A DNA stretch of 63,842 nucleotides, counting the filler, from Collodictyon triciliatum (taxonomy: Eukaryota), in the NCBI GenBank assembly GCA_043381765.1. It is 6 parts of 6 records of this genome, joined end to end, with 100 filler letters (N's around TTAATTAATTAA, not from the genome) between each part and the next. Parts side by side here need not be neighbours in the genome. Positions count along the whole stretch, not along the records: positions 1 to 16,512 come from JBHJMP010001542.1; positions 16,613 to 33,105 come from JBHJMP010001547.1; 4 more parts are not named here. One strand, written 5' to 3'. A program made the position numbers and the translations under genes. How positions within the stretch are numbered: position 1 is the stretch's first letter; each line of letters begins with the position of its first letter. Shown piece by piece: positions 11,301-19,420 of the stretch. The notes beneath the pieces are model-generated. The model was not told the DNA's origin. It did no database searches and saw only the letters and a list, made by a program, of their open reading frames with translations.

Positions 11301-14300
11301 CACTTCATGTTCACCAGGATTCTATCAAAAAGAAGGAATCATAAAAGACTCAAGCTCATGCCATGCTTGTCCAAAAGGCACATTCAACTCAAACTCCGGC
11401 TCATATGGCAACAAATCATGCATCGAATGTCCACAAGGTACTTGGAATTATAGAGACGGTCAAGCATCATGCACATCATGTCCAGCTGGCACATTCAACA
11501 ACAAAACTGGTTCATATAATCAATCATCATGTATTCCATGTCCAAATGGAAGCTACAACTCAGAAAGAAGCGCATCATGCAGCTTATGCCCGACAGGATT
11601 CTATCAAAAAGAAGAAATCACAAAAGACTCGAAATCATGTTATGCATGTCCAAAAGGCGCATTCAACTCAATATCCGGCTCATATGGAAACGAATCATGT
11701 ATTGAATGTCCACAAGGTACTTGGAATTATAGAGACGGTCAAGCATCATGCACATCATGTCCCGCTGGTACATTCAATAACAAAACCGGCTCATTCAATC
11801 AATCATCATGCATTTCATGTCCGAATGGGAGCTACAGCCCAGAAAGAAGCTCATCATGCAGCTCTTGCTCATCAGGATTCTATCAAAAAGAAAATATCAC
11901 AAAAGACTCGGAATCATGCTATGCTTGTCCGAAAGGCACATTCAACTCAAACTCCGGCTCATATGGCAACAAATCATGCATCGAATGTCCACAAGGCACT
12001 TGGAATGATAGAGATGGTCAAGCGTCATGCTCATCATGTCCAGCTGGTACAATGAACAACAGAGCTGGCTCATTTAACCAATCATCATGTATTTCATGTC
12101 CAAATGGAAGCTACAGCTCAGAAAGAAGCTCATCGTGCATCTCATGCTTATCTGGATTCTATCAAAAAGAAAATATCACAAAAGACTCAAAATCATGCTA
12201 TGCCTGTTCAATAGGAACATTCAACTCAAACTCCGGCTCATATGGAAACAAATCATGTATTGAATGTCCACAAGGTACTTGGAATGATAGAGACGGTCAA
12301 GCATCATGCACATCATGTCCAGCTGGTACATACAATAACAAAACTGGCTCATTTGACCAATCATCATGTATTTCATGTCCAAATGGAAGCTTTAGCTCAG
12401 AGAGGACCCCATCATGCAGTCTATGCTTATCAGGCTTCTATCAAAAAGAGAAAGTTATTAAAGATTCAAAATCATGCTATGCTTGTCCAAAAGGCACATT
12501 CAACTCGAAATCCGGCTCATATGGAAATATATCATGCGTCGAATGTCCACAAGGTACTTGGAACGATAGAGATGGTCAAGCATCATGCACATCATGTCCA
12601 GCTGGAACATTTAATAACAAAACCGGGTCATTTAATGAATTATCATGCATATCATGCTCAAATGGAAGCTACAGCTCAGAAAGAAGTCCTTCATGCAATT
12701 CGTGCCCCACACGCTCAACCACAACTAAAGAAGGCTCAGATTCAATCGATGAATGTAGGTGTTTATATTCATACATAGCGTCAAACGGTGTGTGCACATG
12801 TCCTCCAGGACAATTCGAAGATGGCAATAGATGTGTTTCCTGTAGAATCGGCTCGTACAAATCAACAAATGACACAAATTTCTGCTTCTCTTGTGGTGAT
12901 AAATTTACGACAAAAAATAATGGCTCGATGAACTCAACAGATTGCGAATGTAAAGCTGGATTTGAATTAAGAAACTCCACTTGTGAATGCAAACCTGGAT
13001 GGTACGAAAAACAGAAAGAATGTTATCAATGTTTTAAGGGTACTTACAATGAAAATTATGGACAAACACTGTGCAAAGAATGCCCAATAAATTCATTTAC
13101 AAATATGACAGGCTCTAAATCTGTTGAAGATTGCAAGTGTATTTCAAACACATACCTCGACTCAAAGACCAAGTTTTGTAATTCTTGTCCAACAGGCTTT
13201 TTATGTGATGGAAGTCGTCAGCCGGCTGTTGCACCAGGCTATTGGCAAGCTCAAACTTCAAATGGAGAATACATAGCTTACAAATGTTTGAATGAAAAGG
13301 CGTGCAATGGAGGAAATGCTTCATGCGCTGATGGATATACTGGAGCTTTGTGCAGCATTTGCCATAATGGTTATGGAAAAATTGGATATTCATGTGTAGA
13401 ATGTCCATCTGAAGGAATTAATATTGCCTTAATTTTTTTGAGTATCATTTTCCCGCTCGCTTTTGTTTTATTCATGATAGAGCAATCAAGACAGACAAGA
13501 ACAGGAAATATTCAAATTCTTAAATCCCTTTCCACTCATTTCCAAGTTTTGTCATATTTGGCTAACTTTGACGCGAATTGGAGTACAATTATAATTTCAG
13601 CTATGAAAATCCCAGCCCTGTTTTCATTTTCACTTTCAATAGACAGCTATCCGATAGAATGTCAATTCAAAATATCTATCTATGGACAAGTTTTACTAAC
13701 CATGCTAAGTCCGGTTATATTTACTGGTCTGATGGTATTATTCGTCTTCATTAAAGAGTTGTGGATCTACAAAAAGGAAACTTCAAGAGATGTTTTAACA
13801 TTTACCCATTTTCGGGACGAAATCATGTACTCCATGTTGGTTATGCTATTTTTTGTCCATCCCTCAATCACATCGAGCATTTCTGAAATATTTCCATGTG
13901 AAAAACTTGGAGATATGAGTTATTTGAAGGCAGACATGTCTATATTATGTGATGATAGCTCATACAAAATGTGGAGGGATATTTCTTTCGCATTTTTAAT
14001 TTCTTATTGTATTGGCGGGCCCCTGCTGATTTTGGTTAGAATTGTTAGAAAAAGAACAGCCTTGAGTAATCCTACTTCAAAAACATACGCTCTCTTAAGG
14101 TTTTTAGTCGATGGATATACTGAAAAGTGCCAATACTGGGAAGTTGTAATGATGATGCAAAAGTTGGTCATTGTGATGATAAGCACGTTCTTTCCTGCTT
14201 CGCTGCAAATATACTTTGGCTTGTGGCTGCTGTTTTTGATGATTGCTTCGACCATTTATTTCAGGCCATTTATATCCAACGTGCTGAAAAAGTCACAATT

Positions 14301-14625
14301 GCAATCACTTATGGTGCTCTATTTCACGTTGATGCTGAGTTTACTGTTTCGATACAGCAATTTGAATCAAAGAACAGAAGTTGTGCTGGTGCTATTGGTT
14401 GTTATTCTGAATGGAGGGATAGGAATTGTTTTCCTGTCAAAGGCCGGACCTGTTGTACTGAGATTGGCTTTGAAAGAATTGATATACACGTTCAATTATA
14501 TTTGGAGCTTGGTAACAGATAATTACATTTCACAATTTATTGAAAGAAAAGTAATGGGAGCTAAAACACCAAAAGATCTAGAGATGCATGATATATTTCA
14601 GTTGGAAGCTCTTCAATATTCTTAG
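5341..14625 (+). CDS. Giant intronless surface protein: signal peptide, 19 WD40 repeats, Cys-rich (GCC2/GCC3, ephrin-receptor-like) stalk, C-terminal multi-pass TM domain
   Basis: Uninterrupted 3094-aa ORF. Hydrophobic segment at aa ~26-55. GHxxxVxSVxxTPDGSKIVSGSxDxTIKIWN repeats at ~5536-7890. CPxGT(F/Y)N repeats at ~7890-13400. About 7-8 hydrophobic helices at ~13410-14450 with the motifs HFQV, YLKADMSILCD and DGY..KCQYWEVVMM.QKL, typical of the protist Cys-rich/TRP-C-like multi-TM family. Confidence 0.92.
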   Translation: MNYNTSIGSTPMRKSPQLQQIILGKPFSFLIILFSIITNTLLAITILGYISCSSAQVYSIYTVGTGHTSTVWSVAVTPDGSKIVSGSSDKTIKIWNFSDGDLVRTLTGHTSTVMSVTITPDGSKIVSGSSGSSIIIWNLSDGDLVRTLTGHTSTVWSVVVTPDGSKIVSGGAWPDQTIKIWNLSDGALIRTLTGHIDSVRSVTITPDGSKIVSGSVDRTIKIWNLSDGALIRTLSGHYSTVCGINVTPDGSKIVSGSDDRTVRLWSFNDGSPVYSRGSRIMSVLTFDPKSIFISAHSDNIIRIWNLLNGNLIRSLIGHNNVVNALTLTADGSKVISGSSDKTIKVWNVDDGSLIQSFEIHTEAVNSVTLTAGETSVISGSSDKTIKITNISDGRLIRTLSGHTGIVTSVAFNPDSSKIVSGSADKTIKVWSFFDGTLVQDIKFHTDSVNSVAINIDGRKIVSASSDKTIKITSILDGTLIRTLNGHTGIVRTVSIFTDGSKIISGGSDNTIRIWNFSNGVTIHILSEHGGPVNGISVLSDGTKFLSGSDDTTIKMWSFPDFSLILTVSGHSSSVNSVALSQDKTKIVSGGSDNTIRIWNYADGSQALSINAHTNSVNSIVVSADGTKIVSGSSDSTIKMWNFSDGLLLKTFNGHTSAVRSVAISSDNSVIVSGSDDTNINVWRVLDGILTRTLSGHTKGVNSVFIIPDNTKIISGSADFSIKIWNLSDGTLLRTITGHGNAVRCVITSLDGTRIISGSSDNTIKIWNISDGTLIRTITGHSNSVNSVSVSTDGTKLYSGSSDKSVKIWTLSDGRVIRTLLSHTGSVNSVLATTDSNIISASTDKFIKLWSPCQGGYFFNQQSNTCEKCPIGSYNNGNELTSCLLCPTGTYNPSTGSTSLRDCLPCEEGTYNNFVGQSICKKCEAGTFNNLKGQITCSNCTAGFYSNSGDKSCVPCPAGTFNPTIRGAGNSSCLLCEPGTYNSVDGKSSCFDCPVGFFMNEKGKQFCNPCPTGTYSNKTKSITCEKCPAGSFNQNVASNSINNCLPCPKGRFSSKTGESTCELCQPGSYNPHSGQHSCINCTDGTYNPKFGSTSNFSCINCPQGTFGNSNRDDCISCPAGKFNDKIGSFNESLCISCPNGSYSSDRSASCSLCLSGFYQKEGIDKDSKSCYACPKGTFNSNSGSYSNKSCIECPQGTWNDRDGQASCTSCPAGTFNDKIGSFDQSSCISCPDGSYSSVGSASCSLCSSGFYQKEDITKDSKSCYACSKGTFNSNSGSYGKKSCIECPQGTWNDRDGQASCTSCPAGTFNNKTGSFNQLSCISCPNGSYSSVGSASCSLCSSGFYQKENITKDSKSCYACPKGTFNSISGSYGNESCNECPQGTWNDRDGQASCTSCPTGTFNSKTGSFNQSSCISCPNGSYSSVGSSSCSLCSSGFYQKENITKDSKSCYACPKGRFNSNSGSYGNKSCIECPQGTWNDKDGQASCTSCPAGTFNNKTGSYNQSSCILCSNGSCSSERSASCTSCSPGFYQIEGIIKDSSSCYACPKGTFNSNSGSYGNKSCIECPQGTWNDRDGQASCTSCPAGTFNDKTGSFNQSSCIPCPNGSYSSERSASCSLCPTGFYQKEEITKDSKSCYACSKGTFNSKSGSYGNASCIECPQGTWNDRDGQASCTSCLAGTFNNKTGSFNQSSCISCPNGSYSPERSSSCSSCSSGFYQKENITKDSESCYTCLKGTFNSISGSYGNISCIQCPQGTWNDRDGQASCTSCPAGTFNNKSGSYNQSSCISCQNGSYSSERSASCILCSPGFYQKENITKDSESCYACSKGTFNTNSGSYGNQSCIECPQGTWNDKNGQASCTSCPAGTFNNKTDSFNQSSCISCPNGSYSSERSASCSLCSLGFYQKENITKDSKSCYACSKGTFNSNSGSYENISCIECPQGTWNDKEGQASCTSCPAGTYNNNTGSYNVSLSCISCPNGSYCSAGSASCTSCSPGFYQKEGIIKDSSSCHACPKGTFNSNSGSYGNKSCIECPQGTWNYRDGQASCTSCPAGTFNNKTGSYNQSSCIPCPNGSYNSERSASCSLCPTGFYQKEEITKDSKSCYACPKGAFNSISGSYGNESCIECPQGTWNYRDGQASCTSCPAGTFNNKTGSFNQSSCISCPNGSYSPERSSSCSSCSSGFYQKENITKDSESCYACPKGTFNSNSGSYGNKSCIECPQGTWNDRDGQASCSSCPAGTMNNRAGSFNQSSCISCPNGSYSSERSSSCISCLSGFYQKENITKDSKSCYACSIGTFNSNSGSYGNKSCIECPQGTWNDRDGQASCTSCPAGTYNNKTGSFDQSSCISCPNGSFSSERTPSCSLCLSGFYQKEKVIKDSKSCYACPKGTFNSKSGSYGNISCVECPQGTWNDRDGQASCTSCPAGTFNNKTGSFNELSCISCSNGSYSSERSPSCNSCPTRSTTTKEGSDSIDECRCLYSYIASNGVCTCPPGQFEDGNRCVSCRIGSYKSTNDTNFCFSCGDKFTTKNNGSMNSTDCECKAGFELRNSTCECKPGWYEKQKECYQCFKGTYNENYGQTLCKECPINSFTNMTGSKSVEDCKCISNTYLDSKTKFCNSCPTGFLCDGSRQPAVAPGYWQAQTSNGEYIAYKCLNEKACNGGNASCADGYTGALCSICHNGYGKIGYSCVECPSEGINIALIFLSIIFPLAFVLFMIEQSRQTRTGNIQILKSLSTHFQVLSYLANFDANWSTIIISAMKIPALFSFSLSIDSYPIECQFKISIYGQVLLTMLSPVIFTGLMVLFVFIKELWIYKKETSRDVLTFTHFRDEIMYSMLVMLFFVHPSITSSISEIFPCEKLGDMSYLKADMSILCDDSSYKMWRDISFAFLISYCIGGPLLILVRIVRKRTALSNPTSKTYALLRFLVDGYTEKCQYWEVVMMMQKLVIVMISTFFPASLQIYFGLWLLFLMIASTIYFRPFISNVLKKSQLQSLMVLYFTLMLSLLFRYSNLNQRTEVVLVLLVVILNGGIGIVFLSKAGPVVLRLALKELIYTFNYIWSLVTDNYISQFIERKVMGAKTPKDLEMHDIFQLEALQYS
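5536..7890 (+). repeat. 19 coding WD40 repeats (~126 bp each); the first five are close DNA-level copies
   Basis: TCAAAAATTGT recurs at 5581, 5707, 5833, 5965 and 6091 (126 bp period, one 6 bp insertion). I counted 19 repeat-ending WN/WS/WR/WT/TN/TS motifs. Confidence 0.9.
8686..12705 (+). repeat. 279-bp (93-aa) coding tandem repeat, 14 full units plus a partial unit
   Basis: The QGTWN motif recurs at 8926, 9205, 9484, 9763, 10042, 10321, 10600, 10879, 11158, 11440, 11719, 11998, 12277 and 12556 (279 bp period, one 3 bp insertion). Confidence 0.97.
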
Positions 14626-14782
14626 TTAAATTTTTTATCAACACTTCTAATCTCATCCATTTTTTACAATCAATTGAGATGATAGGCTTAATACCCATTA
14701 TGAAGTCTACATATTTCGAACCTAACCCAAAACCACTGTCATCACGCTCAAACTGAAAGGAAGAATAAAATTATAAAGTATA

Positions 14783-16512
14783 TTTTTTTTTATCATGACC
14801 GCCGCTGTTTCAATCCGAAGATTTTGGGTTCATACGGAACCTACTCTTAATAATAAAATATTAGCGAGAAAAAATAAAAAGATAAAGCGACAGTCAAAAT
14901 AAACTACCATTTGTTCTTTTTTCAAAAAATACTGAAAGAGAATAAAAGTAAGGAAACCGCCTTCGCCTATGGGACAAAAATGAGCTGTGGACGAGGCATT
15001 GGAAAACCTCGGATTGTGTGATTGGAGTTTTCGTGTTTTGGGTGGAAAGAAAAAGAAAAAAATAGAAAGGAGAGAAAGTGTTCTCACACACAGACTATTC
15101 TACCCGAGGTGAATCTGCTCCAACGCGATTTCTGGTTGTATTCGGGACTGACAGAAGAGCTGATAAATTTGTCGGGTCGATGAAAGTACGCACATTGTAG
15201 TTCTCAAGCCGATTCTGACGAGTCCTTTCAACCATCTATATCGGACAAGATTTACATCCATTTCATTCCACTGGATGAGTCTTTTGAGGGGACAACGGTT
15301 CACTTTCCTTGTGTTTCTTGCTGGGCGACTCAGACAAAAAGCGATACATCGTTGTTTGTCTGGCATTATCGGAAGTGGCGCTTGACCGTCCCCTGGTTTC
15401 GGAAACATGCGTAGCCGGCAGTGGACTTTGCTTAGCCGGAGTATGGCTACGCGTTTGTGGATTTAGAAACATACGCTCCTGCTTGCTCGGACTGTCTTTG
15501 GTGTGTGAAGTTCCAAGCTTGGATTCGACTTGTGCTGTTTGTTCATGCTCTTTGGTTCTCGGTGCGACGGGCTGGGGCAGGGTAAACGGACTATCTATGG
15601 TGGGCGCTGGTTCTTGTGTTGCCTTCGCTTTGGAATATCATTTCGGATAAGTAACGAAGACTGCCTTGAGGCCTCCTATATTACCCATATTCACGTCAGT
15701 CTGAACAGGTAGTTTAAGGGGGGATTTCTTTCGGGGTTTGGAGATGCGCTGCTCTTGGGTCTTGCGATGTGCGGGCTTGTCCGGTGTTGGCGGTGGAGGG
15801 CTCGAGTGTGGGTATTCTGAAGAGGAACCGATTTTTTTTATTCTTCCTTTCAACTTTTGTGCAGGACCGAGGGTCTGAAGAGGAACCGAGATTTCCTTCC
15901 ATGTCATCGTCGCTGTCGCTGTATGCGCTTATCTGCTTGGCAGGTGTATTTTTTTGCGGAGCTTTTACTTGTCGTTCGTTCTTTGTAACTGGCGGACGCT
16001 CTTTGAGGATGCGCTTTGGACACTTTTTGCCCATGACCGTAAACTTTGCAGGGAGCTGGTTCTTGTGACAAAGAAGCTTCACCGCGGCCGTGTCTGTGAA
16101 GAAGCCTTTGTCCTTTTTGATGTCCACGTGGGCCGGTCTGAACGGCTTCAGCTCTTCACGAAGGAGTTGCAGCCACACGTCCAGCGGTAATTGGTAGAGC
16201 ATCGCCGAGGTCTCTGTTGGTTTACTTCTGCTGAAGATGTTCAAAATATCGCTCAAACTTACCTGCTTCAGTTCCAGAAGCTTTCGGGCGTTTTCTGCAG
16301 TGCGGAAGACAGTCATGCAAAGGCTTTCGCTGTCTGGTAAGTGCAATTGGATGGACTCTTCCCAAAGTTTGTTCGCTTTCAAGAAGGAGACGAGCGCATC
16401 TGTGAGTCTGCGGTCTTGTTCTTGTTGTAGACGACGTGCTCGACCCTGTGCAAAAATACTGTCCGATCAGACAGACTTTCAGGCGGCTTCCTTGCACGGG
16501 TCTTCCTGGACT
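14783..16512 (-). mobile_element. Degenerate ORF1p-like non-LTR element (right copy, runs off the contig end)
   Basis: Inverted homolog of 119-1655. ORF 15714-16382 plus upstream SDRTVFLHRVEH resembles RRM strand 1. On the minus strand the sequence continues past the shared region and ends in GGCGGTCATGAT-A9 (14783-14791), a possible poly(A) tail. Confidence 0.6.
15816..15889 (-). mobile_element. 42-bp poly(A)-tailed insertion with 16-bp target-site duplication
   Basis: TCTGAAGAGGAACCGA occurs at 15816-15831 and 15874-15889. The insert reads CCCTCGGTCCTGCACAAAAGTTGAAAGGAAGAATAAAAAAAA on the minus strand. The left copy (~740-755) has the empty site with a single copy of the 16-mer. Confidence 0.85.
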
Positions 16513-16612
16513 NNNNNNNNNNNNNNNNNNNNNNNNNNNNNNNNNNNNNNNNNNNNTTAATTAATTAANNNNNNNNNNNNNNNNNNNNNNNNNNNNNNNN
16601 NNNNNNNNNNNN
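16513..16612. other. Artificial contig linker (N44-TTAATTAATTAA-N44)
   Basis: 100 bp spacer with a six-frame stop core. Identical spacers occur at 33106-33205, 49683-49782, 58787-58886 and 62199-62298. Confidence 0.97.
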
Positions 16613-16849
16613 AAAAAAAAAAAAAAAGAAAAAAAAAAAAAAAATAAAAAAAAAGGGGGGGGGGGGGGGGGGGGAGGCATAGTCATTATAATTGTCATCC
16701 AATTGAATAAAGGAAGAGCTAACTAGCCTACGTCAAAATCACCCAACTACCACATGTTGAAAAGAATTTATGATAAAATAACAATGGTTAAATAAGAAAA
16801 GCGAAATTCCAGATGCTACTTAAAATTCAAATGATTATTATTTTCTGTG

Positions 16850-18865
16850 AAGCCTCATCTGTGGTATGAATCTGTATATAATAAAATTGAACTGAATATT
16901 AAACACTACCAATAGAGGGTTGTGGTGGAGGTTTAGGGGGCTGACTTGAACCAAGTTTGACAGAGCCCCATACTTTTTTGATCGCTTCTTCTGCCTTTTA
17001 GGTAATATCAAAAAAAGTAACTTTATACCATGAAGATTAACTTTACACTCAAGGTCAATTCAATTGCAATCATTGAAAAAAAAGGTATTCAATTAATAAA
17101 ATGGTATTAATATATACTTAATATTAAGTATAAATTGATATCATAATAAATGGCTGATTTTTTTGAGCGAACCTTGGATATAGATATATCTCCAACAACA
17201 TATACATTCATACGGTCGACACGATACCAATTTGTACTATAAATAAAGCCATGAAACTTCATTTATTAAAGGGACTTTACATAAAGCATTGGATTTTGCA
17301 ATTATTTAAAATAAACTCAGTATGAAATTAGGTTAATGTACATGAATTTTTGTGCATTTTCTACAGAGTAGTCCATATTTGCTGGGTCGCCAATTGGAAA
17401 TCTATTTGTAATCCGATAATTCGAGCCGAAGTGGTTTGTTAACAGTTCGGTAATTTGCACACTGTCGGAGCCATTACGGAATCGTGCTTCTCCTTTTTTT
17501 TTTTTTTCGATTTATTTTAATTGAAAGAAGAACAATCTTTCATTTAAAAGTCTTAAGGGTAGAGTATGCAATTTGAAGATTCTCAATTGGTATAAAGACA
17601 TATGTATAGCATTCCAAGAATGTTTTTTTAATCTCTGATATATAAATATTCATTTAATTAATAACATTGGAAATATCTCACTGAATCATAAAAAAAAAAC
17701 CTAGAACTGCCCCCTTTTCTTGGTCCATATTGGCTTGAACAAGCCTTATATGCAGAACTTGAGCCTGGTGTGCAGCAAGTCCCTGTTCGATTGAAGACGA
17801 GGGCAAATCCCAAAGCTCGTAAACAGTGGTCCGAAAAGATGTAAATGCGTTGAATAATGCACCAAGTTTCATTACTAAACGCAATGCAGATGTATTAATA
17901 GTACACAAATGTTTTCGTAATAAAGCATAAAGTAATAGTATCAGGCATGCGGTTATACATTGATCCCAGGTTCCACCCCGGGTAGGATAATCAGTCGTGG
18001 AATCAAAAGCCATATGCTCGATGAAGTGTGCAATCCCAAGTTGATTGTCATCTTCGTTTACACTTCCCGCCTGGACGGAAAAAATGTGGATAAGGTATAT
18101 GATTGATTTTTTTTTTTAAAAAAAAAATGTTACAAGTAAAGTGTATTTATCTAAATGGTATTGAGAATTTTTCGGAATAATCTCATTTTTCATCGCACCT
18201 GCACCCTGAGATATAAAGTTACACGTCCACGCTTGATTGGGTTTGCCAGGATTGAGTACCTTACGTTTCAAAAGAAATTTTATGCTCAAGACACATAAGG
18301 TGTGTATGACTACAAAATCAAACCATCACCTGCAGCATGGTAATTTTTTAATTTTTTATTATCCCTTGTTGGATTTTTTTTGATATTGTTTCGAAAATAT
18401 ACCTCAGTCCGTTGGACAACTTTCCTTGAGAAACAGAAGGTGATACAGACGGAACATTATCCAACTCTGAGGTATAAAATTGGCGAGAAACTCCAGCATA
18501 GACGAAAACGGATATCAATAGTATCAATCCCACAATAGAAAATATCATCAATCCTATAATTCATTTTCATATCAGGTATATCAGGAAGTGTGGTTGAGGT
18601 CATCCACTCTCCTTTCGTGTATTAATCTTAACACTATCATGGTTTTACAGTAAAGATTATATCTTCGAGCAACTTATTAGATTAAAACTATCACAGAAAA
18701 TATAACAAACCAACATAAAAAAAAAATCGATATTCATCTCGAGAAAAAGAAACACTTTGTGGATAATTTTTGGGAAATATGAATATAGGGAAACGAACTG
18801 AAGCAACCAAATCCACGAGACAGGCCCAAATCTTGGTTCCCATTCGCTGGCCTATGCTGCGGCAT
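16850..18865 (-). CDS. M16 (insulinase-family, PqqL-like) zinc peptidase with N-terminal TM anchor, spliced, 3'-truncated by the contig end
   Basis: Exons translate to GKLSNGLR, AGSVNEDDNQLGIAHFIEHMAF (HxxEH, ~18010-18070), FNAFTSFRTTVYEL, EKGAVLGEAR, RFPIG and WYRVDRMNVYVVGD. A hydrophobic segment FSIVGLILLISVFVYAGV lies upstream. The start codon is uncertain. Confidence 0.85.
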
Positions 18866-19005
18866 GACCTACACAACAAAGATGTATGTCAGATATGCCT
18901 AATTCTAATTTGTATACAGAATCATTCCGGCCCAGATATATGTTGAAGTAAGACGACTAGAACGAATCATCAAAGAGAATGATACATTTTTTTATAGCTG
19001 TTTCT

Positions 19006-19067
<62 letters not shown>

Positions 19068-19420
19068 TCATATATCAAGCTTAGATAAGACAGAAAATAA
19101 AAATCGGTGTGTATACCCCGTTGTTTGGCGCCAAACCAACCGGATAGTACGTAACTCCAGGGTGAGCTGTAGCCTGGGGTGCTGCTGACAAGATATTTGG
19201 ATGTATATTTCAGACGTTGATCATAGAAATGGGAAAGTATGACAAGGAGCGAGGTGAAAAGATTTCAAAAGTTGGCTGGATAAAAAAATGCTTTGTTCGT
19301 TTTCTTTCTATTGAATGATGGTTACATAGGAGTATTTTTTTTCTAATTTATGCAACTATTGTGAGACACTCACGCTGTTGTCCGCCTTCCATGCGCCGAT
19401 CCCTTGTTTTGCGTGACAAG

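Noticed and set aside
8336-12778. Long His/Gln-rich alternative-frame ORFs inside the giant gene
   Set aside because: Shadows of the TCA/TGT/TGC-rich 279 bp repeat; they are broken by stops in several units while the main frame is intact.
119-16512. Polinton/Maverick or endogenous virus call for the inverted-repeat-flanked region
   Set aside because: No pPolB, integrase, capsid, packaging ATPase or transposase is visible, and the repeats are diverged and themselves coding.
16513-16612. Recurrent TTAATTAATTAA palindrome within N runs (5 copies)
   Set aside because: Fixed 100 bp assembly linker with stops in all frames. It is not biological, so gene adjacency across it is meaningless.
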